Shown here piece after piece: positions 1-9,199 of a DNA stretch of 64,000 nt. The stretch is from positions 640,001-704,000 of the forward strand of contig JBBCJC010000003.1 in assembly GCA_037189525.1 (NCBI GenBank), read 5' to 3'. How positions within the stretch are numbered: position 1 is the stretch's first letter; the number at the start of each line of letters is the position of its first letter. This DNA comes from Gemmatimonadales bacterium (GTDB lineage: Bacteria; Gemmatimonadota; Gemmatimonadetes; Gemmatimonadales; GWC2-71-9). The notes below the pieces were generated by a model. The model did not search any database, was not told the DNA's origin, and saw only the letters and a program-made list of their open reading frames with translations. Made by a program: the position numbers and the translations under genes.

Positions 1-2
1 GG

Positions 3-467
3 GCGCTGCTGGGATTCGGCAACATCTATTACGGCCTGGCCCAACGAGCCCGCGATCTCATCGTCGAGCACCTGCCGAAAAAGACGTCGATCGGCCTCTC
101 GCGGCCGATGGCCTATCACGCCGAGGTGCAGCATGCGGTGGCGGAAATCGTGCTCGAGTTGGAGGGCATCGGTCCGCATCTCGATCGTACGGCGCAGGAG
201 TGGTCGGACGGGGTGGATCACGGGGTGGGCTGGGTGATCAAAATCGTCGCCGCGAAATACCACGCGGTGGAGAGCGCCTGGAAAGTGGTCGATCGCGCGT
301 TCGAGCTGGCGGGCGGGGCCGGCATCTTCAAGAAGGGCCCCTTCGAGCAGCTCTTCCGCGACGCTCGGCTCGGTCGCATTCACCCGGCCAATTCGTTCCT
401 GACGCACGAGCTCTGTGCCAAGCTCACGCTCGGGATCAACCCCGACGAAGCGCCGCGTTGGGGGTGA
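3..467 (+). CDS. Acyl-CoA dehydrogenase-family flavoprotein, C-terminal part (truncated by window edge)
   Basis: Frame open from nt 3 (ALLGFGNIYYGLAQRARD...). C-terminus AFELAGGAGIF...EQLFRDARLGRIHP is typical of the ACAD C-terminal domain. Confidence 0.85.
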   Translation, partial: ALLGFGNIYYGLAQRARDLIVEHLPKKTSIGLSRPMAYHAEVQHAVAEIVLELEGIGPHLDRTAQEWSDGVDHGVGWVIKIVAAKYHAVESAWKVVDRAFELAGGAGIFKKGPFEQLFRDARLGRIHPANSFLTHELCAKLTLGINPDEAPRWG

Positions 468-626
468 GGCGCGCCAAGTCCGGGCAACCGCTCGTCGTTG
501 CGGAGGGAGATGCGCTCGTCGACGGCTCCTGAGGGATTCCGATGGCGCATGGCACCACGTGGTTCGTCGCCGAGTTGCCTATATTGTGCGCGAGGGTTGG
601 GGCATCCCGGAGCCGACCGTCCGCCT

Positions 627-1079
627 ATGGAATCATCTCGCCGCATCGGTTTGATCGTCGCAGGTTCGCTGCTCGCTGTCGCGCTCGTCCTGGCCGGACG
701 CTGGGCCTTGGGAGCGCGGCAGGGGCGTGCGCCGTTGCCACGTTCGAGCGTCGCGCTCGTCGGGCAGGCGGGCGGTGTCCAGCGCGGTCTGGTCGTCGAG
801 GTGATCAATGCCACCGGCCGGGAAGGCCTGGCGCGGCAGGTGACCCGGCTGCTGCGGGAGCAGGGCGTCGACGTCGTCTACTTCGGTTCGACCGATCGCC
901 GGCCGGATTCGACCACCGTCGTGGTGCGCCGCGGGCAGGACCCGGAGCGCGGGCGTCTGATTGCGCGGCTGATGGGGACCAAGCGGGTCACGGTCGAGGC
1001 CGACAGTACCCGTCGCGTCGACCTCACGATCCTGCTTGGTGCGGATTATCGCTTTCCGGCTGATCGCCTGCCGCTCTGA
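627..1079 (+). CDS. LytR C-terminal domain protein with N-terminal membrane anchor
   Basis: Hydrophobic N-terminus, then VEVINATGREGLA...VDLTILLGADY (LytR_C signature). ATG at 627 preferred over 498. Confidence 0.85.
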   Translation: MESSRRIGLIVAGSLLAVALVLAGRWALGARQGRAPLPRSSVALVGQAGGVQRGLVVEVINATGREGLARQVTRLLREQGVDVVYFGSTDRRPDSTTVVVRRGQDPERGRLIARLMGTKRVTVEADSTRRVDLTILLGADYRFPADRLPL

Positions 1080-2391
1080 GGTTCGGCCGATCGCCGACCA
1101 GTACGACCATGACGTCCATCACGTTCGTGCCCGTCAGGCCAGGGCGGAGCAGCGCCCCGGCGGCGGTCAGGGCGGGGTGGGCGTCGTGCCGAGCCAGGGC
1201 GCGGTCGGGGTCGAGTCCGGCCTCCCGGATAGCGTCCCAGGTGCGTGAGTCGACCACGGCGCCCGCCGCATCGGTTGGACCGTCGCGGCCGTCGGTGCCG
1301 CCGGCCAGTAGGGTGACCCGGCGGCGATTGCGATACGGAGCCAGCTCGCCGGCCGCCGCGAGCGCCAGCTCCTGGCACCGCCCGCCGAGACCATGATCCG
1401 GACCAAGCGATACCGTGGTTTCGCCGCCGCCGATCCAGGCGGTGCCGGGCGTCGGGTCGTCGGCCAGAATCGACCGGATCAGTTCGCGGCCGACCGTTCC
1501 CGCCTCGCCGGTTACCGGAGTCGGATGCCGCCGGACTTCGTAGCCCAGCGCTCGCGCCCGCTCCTCGGCGTGATCGAGCGCAAGGGCATTCGATCCCACC
1601 AGACGCGTCGTCACGCGCTCGAAGACCGGGTCGCCCGGCTTCGGTGTTTCGGGTACGATGCCTCGGATGGTGCGCTCGAGATACCGGAGCGCCGCGTCGG
1701 GGACTCCGGCCTCGCTGCCTAACGCGTCGAGCAGCGCGAGGATTTCCGCGGCCGAACTCGGGTCTGGTGCGCAGGGTCCGGAACCGATATCGGCCGGGTC
1801 GTCGCCGGGGACGTCCGAGAGCAGGAAGACGCGGATCCGGTCACCCCGTCCGGCGGATACCAGGCGGCCGGCTCCCCAGCGCGAGAACCGCTTCCGGGCG
1901 CGGTTGAGCGCGGCAATGGGCAGACCGGCGCGGGCGAGCGCGCGCACCAGCAGGTCGTACTCGATCTCGGACATCCCGTCCACCGGGGCGCCGACCAGAC
2001 TGCTGGTTCCGCCCGAGATGAGCACCCAGACTTCGTCGCGATGGTTAACCGCAGCAAGCGCATCCTGCAGCGCGGCAGCGGCGGCCCGGGAGCGGGTACC
2101 GGGAACCGGATGATCGCCGGTGACGCGCCGCAGCCGGGGGTCGGGGCTGTCGCCGACGTCGGGGGTAACGACGAGGCCACCCTGAATCGGGACCTCGAGC
2201 CGGTCGAAGTGCTGGACCGCGGCCGCCGCCATCGGATAGGCAGCTTTTCCGAGCGCAATGATGTGCGACGGATTCGGCGGCGGGGTGGTCGCAAAGGCGC
2301 GCGTCACGGCCCGGCGCGGTTCGACCCCGGCCACGGCAGCAGCGTAAATTGCGACGGCATCGGTGCGGAGCCGATCGAGGAGTTGACTCAC
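1024..2391 (-). CDS. Glycerate kinase type 2 (DUF4147/MOFRL family)
   Basis: Motifs ALGKAA, GDHPVP, LISGGTSSL, LSDVPGDD...IGSGP, GGETTV, GGRCQE, GTDGRDGPTDAAGA, TGTNVMD. Confidence 0.93.
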   Translation of the reverse strand: MSQLLDRLRTDAVAIYAAAVAGVEPRRAVTRAFATTPPPNPSHIIALGKAAYPMAAAAVQHFDRLEVPIQGGLVVTPDVGDSPDPRLRRVTGDHPVPGTRSRAAAAALQDALAAVNHRDEVWVLISGGTSSLVGAPVDGMSEIEYDLLVRALARAGLPIAALNRARKRFSRWGAGRLVSAGRGDRIRVFLLSDVPGDDPADIGSGPCAPDPSSAAEILALLDALGSEAGVPDAALRYLERTIRGIVPETPKPGDPVFERVTTRLVGSNALALDHAEERARALGYEVRRHPTPVTGEAGTVGRELIRSILADDPTPGTAWIGGGETTVSLGPDHGLGGRCQELALAAAGELAPYRNRRRVTLLAGGTDGRDGPTDAAGAVVDSRTWDAIREAGLDPDRALARHDAHPALTAAGALLRPGLTGTNVMDVMVVLVGDRPNLRAAGDQPESDNPHQAGS

Positions 2392-2438
2392 CGCGCCAAT
2401 ATATCGCGTCTCCGGTCGATCGCGAGGAGGGAAGTGAC

Positions 2439-3410
2439 GTGACGGATCGTCCCAGGATCTGGTGTCTGCATCGTTTGCCGCGCACGGTCGAAGCCCGGCT
2501 CGATGCCGGATTTCAGATGGAATGGAGCCGCGACGACGACGGCGTGGCGGTCGAGGAACTGGTCGCGCGGGCCGGCGACTTCGACGGACTGGTCACCACG
2601 GTGACAGACCCGGTACCGGCGGCGGTCTTCGCTGCGCCCGGGCGACGGGTCCGCATCGTTGCCAACTACGGCGTCGGTGTCGACCGGATCGATCTCGATG
2701 CCGCGCGCGCGGTCGGCGTCGTGGTCACCAACACGCCCGGCGTGCTGACCGATTGTACGGCCGACCTCACGCTCGGCCTGATCCTGATGACGATGCGACG
2801 CCTGGGCGAAGGCGAGCGCCTGCTCCGCGCCGGCCAATGGACCGGCTGGCGGCCGACCCATCATCTGGGCCGGCGCGTGTCGGGCAAAACGCTAGGCATC
2901 ATCGGGATGGGGCGGATCGGGCAGGCGGTCGCGGCGCGGGCGCGGTACGGATTTGGGATGTCGATCCTCTACGCCAGCCGAACCCCGCTGGCGCCGCAGG
3001 CCGAAGCCGATCTGGGCGCCGTGCGCTGCGACGTCGATGAACTGCTCGAACGGTCCGACATCGTCACGCTGCACGTGCCCGCGACCGCCGAAACGATCGG
3101 AATGCTGGATGCGCGGCGGCTGGGTCTGATGCGGCCGGATGCCGTGCTGATCAATACCGCGCGCGGGAGTCTCGTGGATGAGACGGCGCTGGCCGAGGCA
3201 CTGGCGTCGGGGCACCTCGCGGCCGCCGGCCTCGATGTCTTTTCCCGCGAGCCGGAAATACCCTCGGCGCTGCTCGATCTGGACAACGTGGTCCTGCTGC
3301 CGCACCTGGGAAGCGCGACCGATGAGACCCGGACGGCCATGGGGATGATGGTCGCCGACAATCTCGACGCTTTTTTCAGCGGCAGCCCGCCACCGCATCG
3401 CGTCGCCTGA
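2439..3410 (+). CDS. D-glycerate dehydrogenase / glyoxylate-hydroxypyruvate reductase (D-2-hydroxyacid dehydrogenase)
   Basis: ANYGVGVDRID, TNTPGVLT, GMGRIG, INTARG, GLDVF.REP, PHLGSAT. GTG 2439 preceded by SD GAGGAGG. Confidence 0.92.
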   Translation: MTDRPRIWCLHRLPRTVEARLDAGFQMEWSRDDDGVAVEELVARAGDFDGLVTTVTDPVPAAVFAAPGRRVRIVANYGVGVDRIDLDAARAVGVVVTNTPGVLTDCTADLTLGLILMTMRRLGEGERLLRAGQWTGWRPTHHLGRRVSGKTLGIIGMGRIGQAVAARARYGFGMSILYASRTPLAPQAEADLGAVRCDVDELLERSDIVTLHVPATAETIGMLDARRLGLMRPDAVLINTARGSLVDETALAEALASGHLAAAGLDVFSREPEIPSALLDLDNVVLLPHLGSATDETRTAMGMMVADNLDAFFSGSPPPHRVA

Positions 3411-3454
3411 ATCGCGTCGTTTTGAATGGGGTCGTTTGACTCGCGTCTTTTGAC
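3398..3454. repeat. Four imperfect tandem ~14-15 nt repeats (TCGCGTCGTTTTGA-like) between convergent genes
   Basis: tcgcgtcgcctgaa / tcgcgtcgttttgaa / tggggtcgtttgac / tcgcgtcttttgac. Confidence 0.5.
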
Positions 3455-3459
3455 GTGAG

Positions 3460-4824
3460 CTAGGTGCGCATCGCGGGTTGCCCGTCATTGGCCGGAGGCT
3501 CGCGTTCGAGCCGGCGGGCCAGGTCGAGCAGGTCGCTGCGGAGGAGCGCCCGCTCCTGATGGAGGCGCTGGTAGTGCTCCGGCTCGAAGAGGTGAAATCC
3601 CAGTGCGCGCGTTCCGGTCAGGAAGCGGTCGGATCGTTCGGCCAGCTTGATCGCGGCAAACCCCGCAAATGGGGTGACCAGCGCGGCCAATATCCCGAAT
3701 TCCAATCCTGCCGTCCGCCCGACCAGCCAGCCGACCAGCAGCCAGGTCAACGGGTAGAACAGTGCGGCGCCGATCACTTTGACCGTGGCGCGCGCATCGG
3801 GATGCTCCCGGGTGAGGTAGTGCGCGGTTCGGTCGACCAGCCAGTAGGCGGGCAGGTGGATCAGGAGGCCGGGCAGGGCCAACGGAATGAACACGAGGAC
3901 GCGAAAGATCAGCCACCCGATGGCCTGGGCGAGGTGGCGAGGACGGGGTTTGGGCCGAGTGGTTCCGGACGGGTCGAGGCCGGCAAGCTGGAAGGCACGT
4001 TCGAGCCGATCCAATCGCCGCTCGAATCGTTCGAGCAGTGGGGCATCGTGCGCTTTGAGGGCTCGGTATCCCTCGACCACGCGGCGGCGTACGGTCCAAC
4101 CGTCGTCCAGTCGCCAGGCCTTCGGATCGCTGGACCCTGCGACGATGACCCGTTCGATCCGGCGGGCCAGATGCAGCGCTTCGTGCTCGTCCGCCTGTAC
4201 CACGACCGACGTCAGCCGATCCTCGATGGCACGGGTGAGGGTGGCCACCGCCTCGGTGGTGGGTTCTCCTTCAGCCGGTAGCAGCGCAGCATCCACCAGC
4301 AGCGGCTCGCCGAAATACACCAGGACCGAACTCCGGAACTTCATCTTGTCGCTGTAATCCAGGCCGACGGGCACGATTGCTACCGGCGCCGTCGTGCCCG
4401 CGCCCAGTGCAATCCGGGCCGCGCCGGTCTTGAAGGGGCGGAGCCGGCTTTCACTGTGGCTGGCGCCTTCCGGCGCAATGGCGATGGCGCCGTCGCGCTC
4501 CAGGATTTCGCGGGCCCGCCGGAACGTCGTGCGATTCTTGGACATATCCGCCGCATCCTGGACGCGATAGACCGGGATCGCATCCATGGCCCGGACGAAC
4601 CAGCCGATCACGGGCATTCGGAACAGCGGTTCCTTGGCAAGAAACGAGACTGCCCTTGGTGCGTAGCACAGCACCAGGAGCGGATCGATCAGGGCGTTGG
4701 GGTGATTGATGACGAACAGCACCGGGCCGTGCGCCGGGATGTTGGAGAGGCCGGCGATCTCGATCCGCCGGAAGAACAGCTCCAGCACCCAGGTGAAGAA
4801 CGCCCGCAGGGTGGAGCGGACCAT
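3460..4824 (-). CDS. Lysophospholipid/glycerol-3-phosphate acyltransferase family protein with C-terminal TM helices
   Basis: NHPNALID (Hx4D), FLAKEPLF and APEGASH motifs. Real start ATG 4824 (MVRSTLRAFF); the upstream part of the 767-aa ORF overlaps rlmN. Confidence 0.88.
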   Translation of the reverse strand: MVRSTLRAFFTWVLELFFRRIEIAGLSNIPAHGPVLFVINHPNALIDPLLVLCYAPRAVSFLAKEPLFRMPVIGWFVRAMDAIPVYRVQDAADMSKNRTTFRRAREILERDGAIAIAPEGASHSESRLRPFKTGAARIALGAGTTAPVAIVPVGLDYSDKMKFRSSVLVYFGEPLLVDAALLPAEGEPTTEAVATLTRAIEDRLTSVVVQADEHEALHLARRIERVIVAGSSDPKAWRLDDGWTVRRRVVEGYRALKAHDAPLLERFERRLDRLERAFQLAGLDPSGTTRPKPRPRHLAQAIGWLIFRVLVFIPLALPGLLIHLPAYWLVDRTAHYLTREHPDARATVKVIGAALFYPLTWLLVGWLVGRTAGLEFGILAALVTPFAGFAAIKLAERSDRFLTGTRALGFHLFEPEHYQRLHQERALLRSDLLDLARRLEREPPANDGQPAMRT

Positions 4825-4826
4825 GC

Positions 4827-5897
4827 TCAGCTGGCTGGGATGCCTGCCGGTGCCGCGTCCCGCCGCCGTTTGGCTTCGAGCTCCACATAGAGCTGGCCGC
4901 AGGCGGCGTTGATGTCGAGCCCGCGGCTCCGGCGAACCACGGCTTCGATGCCGACGGCGCGAAGCCGATCTGCAAAGGCGCGAATCCGGTTCCCCGAACT
5001 GGGAACCAGTCCCGGCGTACCGCCCGGGTGGAGCGGGAGCAGGTTGACATGCGCAGCAAGTGAGCGTGCCAATCGAGCCAGGGCATCGGCGTCCGCGTCG
5101 CGATCGTTCCTGCCCTGGATCAGGACGTACTCGAAGGTGACCCGTCGCCCGAACTTCCGGGCGGCGTCGAGGACCTCGGGAAGCCGGTACTTCTTCTCGA
5201 TCGGCATCAGGCCGATTCGCTCCTCGGAGTGGGGCGAGTGCAGCGAGATGGCCAGGCGGAATTGTTCGGGGCGCTGGCGCAGTTCCTCCATGCCCGGGAC
5301 GATGCCGACGGTCGAGACCGTGATGTGCCGCGCTCCGATGCCGAAGCCGCGCTCGTCGTTCAGAATCGACAGCGTGGTCGAAACCGCCGGCCAGTTGAGC
5401 AGCGGTTCGCCCATGCCCATGAAGACGATATTGGTCGGCTTGTCGGCCGGATTGCGTAGCACGATCTCTCGCACCTGGCCGGCAATCTCGGCGGGCGTCA
5501 GGTTGCGGCGGAACCCCATCCGGCCAGTGGCGCAGAAAACACAGCCAAGCGCGCACCCGGCCTGCGAGGAAATGCAGAGGGTCCGGCGCGTGCCGCTCGG
5601 AATCAGGACCGACTCCACCGCCTCCTGGTCGGCCAGACGCCAGAGAAATTTCTGCGTGCCGTCCTCCGAAATCTGATGCGAGGCCACGTCGAGCCGCGTC
5701 AGGGGAAGGGCGGCATCGAGCTCGGTTCGCAGGCTGGCGGGAAGATCGGTCGCGTTGGCCCACGCGCCGACCGGGTTGATCCAGAGACGCCGGGCAATCT
5801 GATCAGCACGGTAGCTGGGAAGACCGCGGGCGCGGACCCACTGCTCCACACGCGCGTATCCGTCGGCCGGTGCCAGGTCCAGGATCGAATCTGCCAT
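4827..5897 (-). CDS. rlmN: Dual-specificity RNA methyltransferase RlmN (radical SAM)
   Basis: CISSQAGCALGCVFCATG, FMGMGEP, SLH, DINAACGQL. Confidence 0.96.
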   Translation of the reverse strand: MADSILDLAPADGYARVEQWVRARGLPSYRADQIARRLWINPVGAWANATDLPASLRTELDAALPLTRLDVASHQISEDGTQKFLWRLADQEAVESVLIPSGTRRTLCISSQAGCALGCVFCATGRMGFRRNLTPAEIAGQVREIVLRNPADKPTNIVFMGMGEPLLNWPAVSTTLSILNDERGFGIGARHITVSTVGIVPGMEELRQRPEQFRLAISLHSPHSEERIGLMPIEKKYRLPEVLDAARKFGRRVTFEYVLIQGRNDRDADADALARLARSLAAHVNLLPLHPGGTPGLVPSSGNRIRAFADRLRAVGIEAVVRRSRGLDINAACGQLYVELEAKRRRDAAPAGIPAS

Positions 5898-5903
5898 GCC
5901 CGA

Positions 5904-5909
5904 AAGGTA
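5904..5909 (-). promoter_or_regulatory. Putative -10 (TACCTT) 6 nt upstream of the rlmN ATG (leaderless)
   Basis: Minus strand reads TACCTT-tcgggc-ATG; no SD. Confidence 0.5.
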
Positions 5910-5967
5910 ACCGGATCGGGCTCGGCCGGGTCCGATGAAACGAGCTAACTCACCGTCTTGCAATCGC

Positions 5968-5997
5968 TTGCCGCCGGCCGTGCGGGGGCGTTACGTT
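5968..5997 (+). promoter_or_regulatory. Putative sigma70 promoter of aspS operon
   Basis: TTGCCG-N18-TACGTT, ending 9 nt before ATG 6007. Confidence 0.45.
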
Positions 5998-6006
5998 TGC
6001 ACGGAT

Positions 6007-7800
6007 ATGGCGAAAGATCCTGCCGTCGAGACGGCCCTGCGAACTCACCGTGCTGGTTCCCTCAATCGATCCCACCTCGGAGCAACCGTTCGTCTGGCTG
6101 GCTGGGTGCATCGCCGACGGGACCTGGGTGGGCTGATTTTCATCGACCTCCGTGACCGGGACGGCGTGGTGCAGCTGTCCCTGAGCCCCGACTGGACTTC
6201 GCCGGAGGTCATGGCGCGGGCCGCCTCGGCCGGGGCGGAGACGGTCGTGCTGGCCACCGGACGGGTCGAGCTTCGCCCCAACCCGGCTCGCGATGAAACG
6301 ATGACGTCTCGGGAGGTCGAGGTCTATGTCACGGATCTCATCATCGTCGGTCCGGCTGAGACGCCGATCATTCCGGTGGCGCGCAAAGAGAACGAGGAGC
6401 TGGCGGCCGAAGATCTCCGGCTCAAGCATCGGGTTCTCGATCTGCGGCGCCCGGAACTCACCGCCAATCTGATCATGCGCCACCGGTTGGCGCAGCGGGC
6501 GCGCCAGACCCTCAGCGATCTGGGTTTTCTCGAGGTCGAGACGCCGATCCTCACCAAGCCCACCCCCGAAGGTGCGCGCGACTACCTGGTGCCGTCTCGT
6601 GTCCACCCGGGGGAGTTCTATGCGCTGCCCCAGTCGCCCCAGATCTACAAGCAGCTGCTGATGGTGGCCGGGTATGATCGGTACTTCCAGATCGCGCGCT
6701 GTTTCCGGGATGAAGATCTCCGTGCCGACCGCCAGCCCGAGTTTACCCAGATCGACCTCGAAGCGTCGTTTGTCGACGCCGAGGACGTGATGGGGTACAT
6801 CGAAGCGGTGCTGGTGGCGCTGTGGGACGAATCGGGGCACACCATTCCGCGTCCGTTCCTTCGGTTGTCGCACGCGGAGGCTATGGAGCGCTACGGCATC
6901 GACAAGCCCGACCTGCGATTTGGCCTCGAGCTGGCGGACTACACCGCGGCGCTCGGGGACGATCGTGCCCCGTTTCTCGCGGACGCCGGCCGGAACGGCA
7001 TCCGTTTCCGCGGCATGCTCGTGCCGGGAGCGGTCGCGCTTGCTCGGAAGGACTTCGACGCTCTGACGGTGGTGGCCAAGAGCGCCGGGGCGACCGGACT
7101 GGTCTGGCTCAAGCGCGGGGCCGAGGGCTGGGAAGGCCAGGGGGCCAAGGCCGTAGGGGCGTCGTTCGCGACGACGCTTGCCGGGCAACCGGGCGATGTC
7201 TTCCTCGCCGCGGTTGGTGCGGATGGGGTGACGTCGCCGGCCTTGCATGCGGTGCGCATGGCCGTGATCCAGCGATTGAATCTCACGCCGACCACCCCGC
7301 ACGCGTTCCTGTGGGTGGTGGATTTCCCGCTCTTCGAGCCCGATCCGGAAACCGGGAAGCACATCTTCGTGCATCACCCGTTCACGTCGCCGCACCCCGA
7401 CGACATTCCGTTTTTGGAAACCGATCCGGGCCGTTGCCGCGCGATTCACTACGACGCCGTGTACAACGGGAACGAACTGGGCAGCGGATCGATCCGTATC
7501 ACGGACCCGGTCCTGCAGGCGCGGGTCTTTGCATTGCTCGGCGTGGATGCCGATGAGCAGCGCCGGCGCTTCGGGTTCCTGCTCGATGCGCTGGGAACGG
7601 GGTCGCCGCCGATGGGCGGTTTCGCGATCGGGTTCGACCGGGTCGCGATGTTGCTGGCTGGAGCGACCTCGCTCCGGGATGTGATTGCGTTTCCGAAGAC
7701 GACCGCTGCGCGCGCGCTGTTCGAAGGCGCGCCGACGCCGGTCAATCCTCGTGATCTGGACGCACTGTCGATCGCCGTCGTCGACTCGGCGCGATCGTAG
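6007..7800 (+). CDS. aspS: Aspartate--tRNA ligase
   Basis: GWVHRRRDLGG, TPEGARDYLVPSR, LPQSPQ, CFRDEDLRADRQPEFTQID, HHPFT, VIAFPKT. Confidence 0.97.
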   Translation: MAKDPAVETALRTHRAGSLNRSHLGATVRLAGWVHRRRDLGGLIFIDLRDRDGVVQLSLSPDWTSPEVMARAASAGAETVVLATGRVELRPNPARDETMTSREVEVYVTDLIIVGPAETPIIPVARKENEELAAEDLRLKHRVLDLRRPELTANLIMRHRLAQRARQTLSDLGFLEVETPILTKPTPEGARDYLVPSRVHPGEFYALPQSPQIYKQLLMVAGYDRYFQIARCFRDEDLRADRQPEFTQIDLEASFVDAEDVMGYIEAVLVALWDESGHTIPRPFLRLSHAEAMERYGIDKPDLRFGLELADYTAALGDDRAPFLADAGRNGIRFRGMLVPGAVALARKDFDALTVVAKSAGATGLVWLKRGAEGWEGQGAKAVGASFATTLAGQPGDVFLAAVGADGVTSPALHAVRMAVIQRLNLTPTTPHAFLWVVDFPLFEPDPETGKHIFVHHPFTSPHPDDIPFLETDPGRCRAIHYDAVYNGNELGSGSIRITDPVLQARVFALLGVDADEQRRRFGFLLDALGTGSPPMGGFAIGFDRVAMLLAGATSLRDVIAFPKTTAARALFEGAPTPVNPRDLDALSIAVVDSARS

Positions 7801-7824
7801 TTGCGGACAGAGAAACGGAGCACG

Positions 7825-8778
7825 ATGGCGGACGAGACCGTACAACGTTTCAATACCGAGGGCGCGGATCCGCTGTTGCTGGCGGGGGTCAATGACGCCA
7901 ACCTCGTCGAGTTGGGTCGCATCCTCGGCGTGCGGGCGGCGCTTCGTGGCGATGTCCTGACGGTCAGCGGACCTGCCGAGCAGGTCGAGCGCGCCGGCGC
8001 GGTCGTTCAGGGGTTGGTCGATCTGGTGCGGATGGGTGAAGCGGTGGCGCCGGACATGCTCGTGCGGATGGTGCAGGACGGTACCTTGCCGGCCGACCTG
8101 GCCGCGCCGGGAGAAGGCCGGATCCTGCTGCCCGGGGTTCGCCGCGCCATCCTTCCCAAAACGCAGGGCCAGCGGGACTATCTCGAGGCCATTGCGCAGC
8201 ACGACATCGTCGTCGGGATCGGGCCGGCAGGTACCGGGAAGACGTACCTCGCGGTGGCCAAAGCGGTCGAGGCGCTGGCGCGGAAGCGGGTTCGCCGGAT
8301 CATCCTGGCCCGGCCGGCGGTCGAAGCGGGCGAATCACTCGGGTTCCTGCCGGGCGATCTGCAGGCCAAGGTCGACCCCTACCTGCGGCCGCTCTACGAT
8401 GCGCTCGAAGACATGATGCCGCACGATCGGGTTCAGAAGGCTATCGAAAGCCGAACCATCGAGATCGCGCCGCTCGCGTACATGCGCGGTCGCACGCTGG
8501 CCGATGCGTTCATCATCCTCGATGAAGCCCAGAACGCGACCGGTGCGCAGATGAAGATGTTCCTCACCCGCCTGGGCGTGAACAGCAAGGTCGTGGTGAC
8601 GGGTGACAAGACGCAGATCGATCTCCCCAAGCGTGAAGATTCCGGTCTGGTGCAGATCGAGCGAATCCTGCCGGGAATCGACGGCCTCGCCTTTTGTTAC
8701 CTGACGGAAGCCGACGTGGTCCGCCACCGCCTGGTTCGCGAAATCATTCGTGCCTACGCGGAAGACCAGAGCGGCTGA
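7825..8778 (+). CDS. phoH: PhoH family ATPase
   Basis: GPAGTGKT, RPAVEAGE.LGFLPGDL, APLAYMRGRTL, ILDEAQN, DVVRH. Confidence 0.95.
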   Translation: MADETVQRFNTEGADPLLLAGVNDANLVELGRILGVRAALRGDVLTVSGPAEQVERAGAVVQGLVDLVRMGEAVAPDMLVRMVQDGTLPADLAAPGEGRILLPGVRRAILPKTQGQRDYLEAIAQHDIVVGIGPAGTGKTYLAVAKAVEALARKRVRRIILARPAVEAGESLGFLPGDLQAKVDPYLRPLYDALEDMMPHDRVQKAIESRTIEIAPLAYMRGRTLADAFIILDEAQNATGAQMKMFLTRLGVNSKVVVTGDKTQIDLPKREDSGLVQIERILPGIDGLAFCYLTEADVVRHRLVREIIRAYAEDQSG

Positions 8779-9199
8779 GCCGTCCGCGCCCGTGACGGTG
8801 CGGGGCAATTACGCCCCGCTCTCGCTGCGCAGAGTCGTGGCTGCGGTCCGGCTGGTATTGGAGCGGGAGCGGCTACCGGCGGTGGTGGCCGTCACCTTTC
8901 TCGGGCCGACCAGGATGCGGGAGCTCAATCACCGCTGGAAGGGGCACGATCGTCCGACGGACGTTCTGGCCTTTGCCTTGCCGCAGCAGGACGGTAGCCT
9001 GGTTGGTGATATCTACATCTGCCGCGCGGTGGCCCAGCGGGAGGCGGCCGCGCGGGGCCTGCCGCTCCGCGAAGAATTGCTGCGGCTGGTCGTTCACGGA
9101 ACGCTGCATGTCGCAGGCTACGATCACCCGGAAGATGAGCGCCGGGTTCGGTCTCCGATGTGGCGTAGACAGGAGCGATATCTCGCGTGTCTGGTCTGA
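8750..9199 (+). CDS. ybeY: rRNA maturation endoribonuclease YbeY
   Basis: PTDVLAF, GDIYIC, HGTLHVAGYDH. Start uncertain (8750 or 8792). Confidence 0.93.
   Translation: MPTRKTRAAEPSAPVTVRGNYAPLSLRRVVAAVRLVLERERLPAVVAVTFLGPTRMRELNHRWKGHDRPTDVLAFALPQQDGSLVGDIYICRAVAQREAAARGLPLREELLRLVVHGTLHVAGYDHPEDERRVRSPMWRRQERYLACLV

Noticed and set aside
3460..5763. 767-aa ORF as an extended or fused acyltransferase
   Set aside because: The first 313 codons overlap rlmN in another frame; the real protein starts at 4824.
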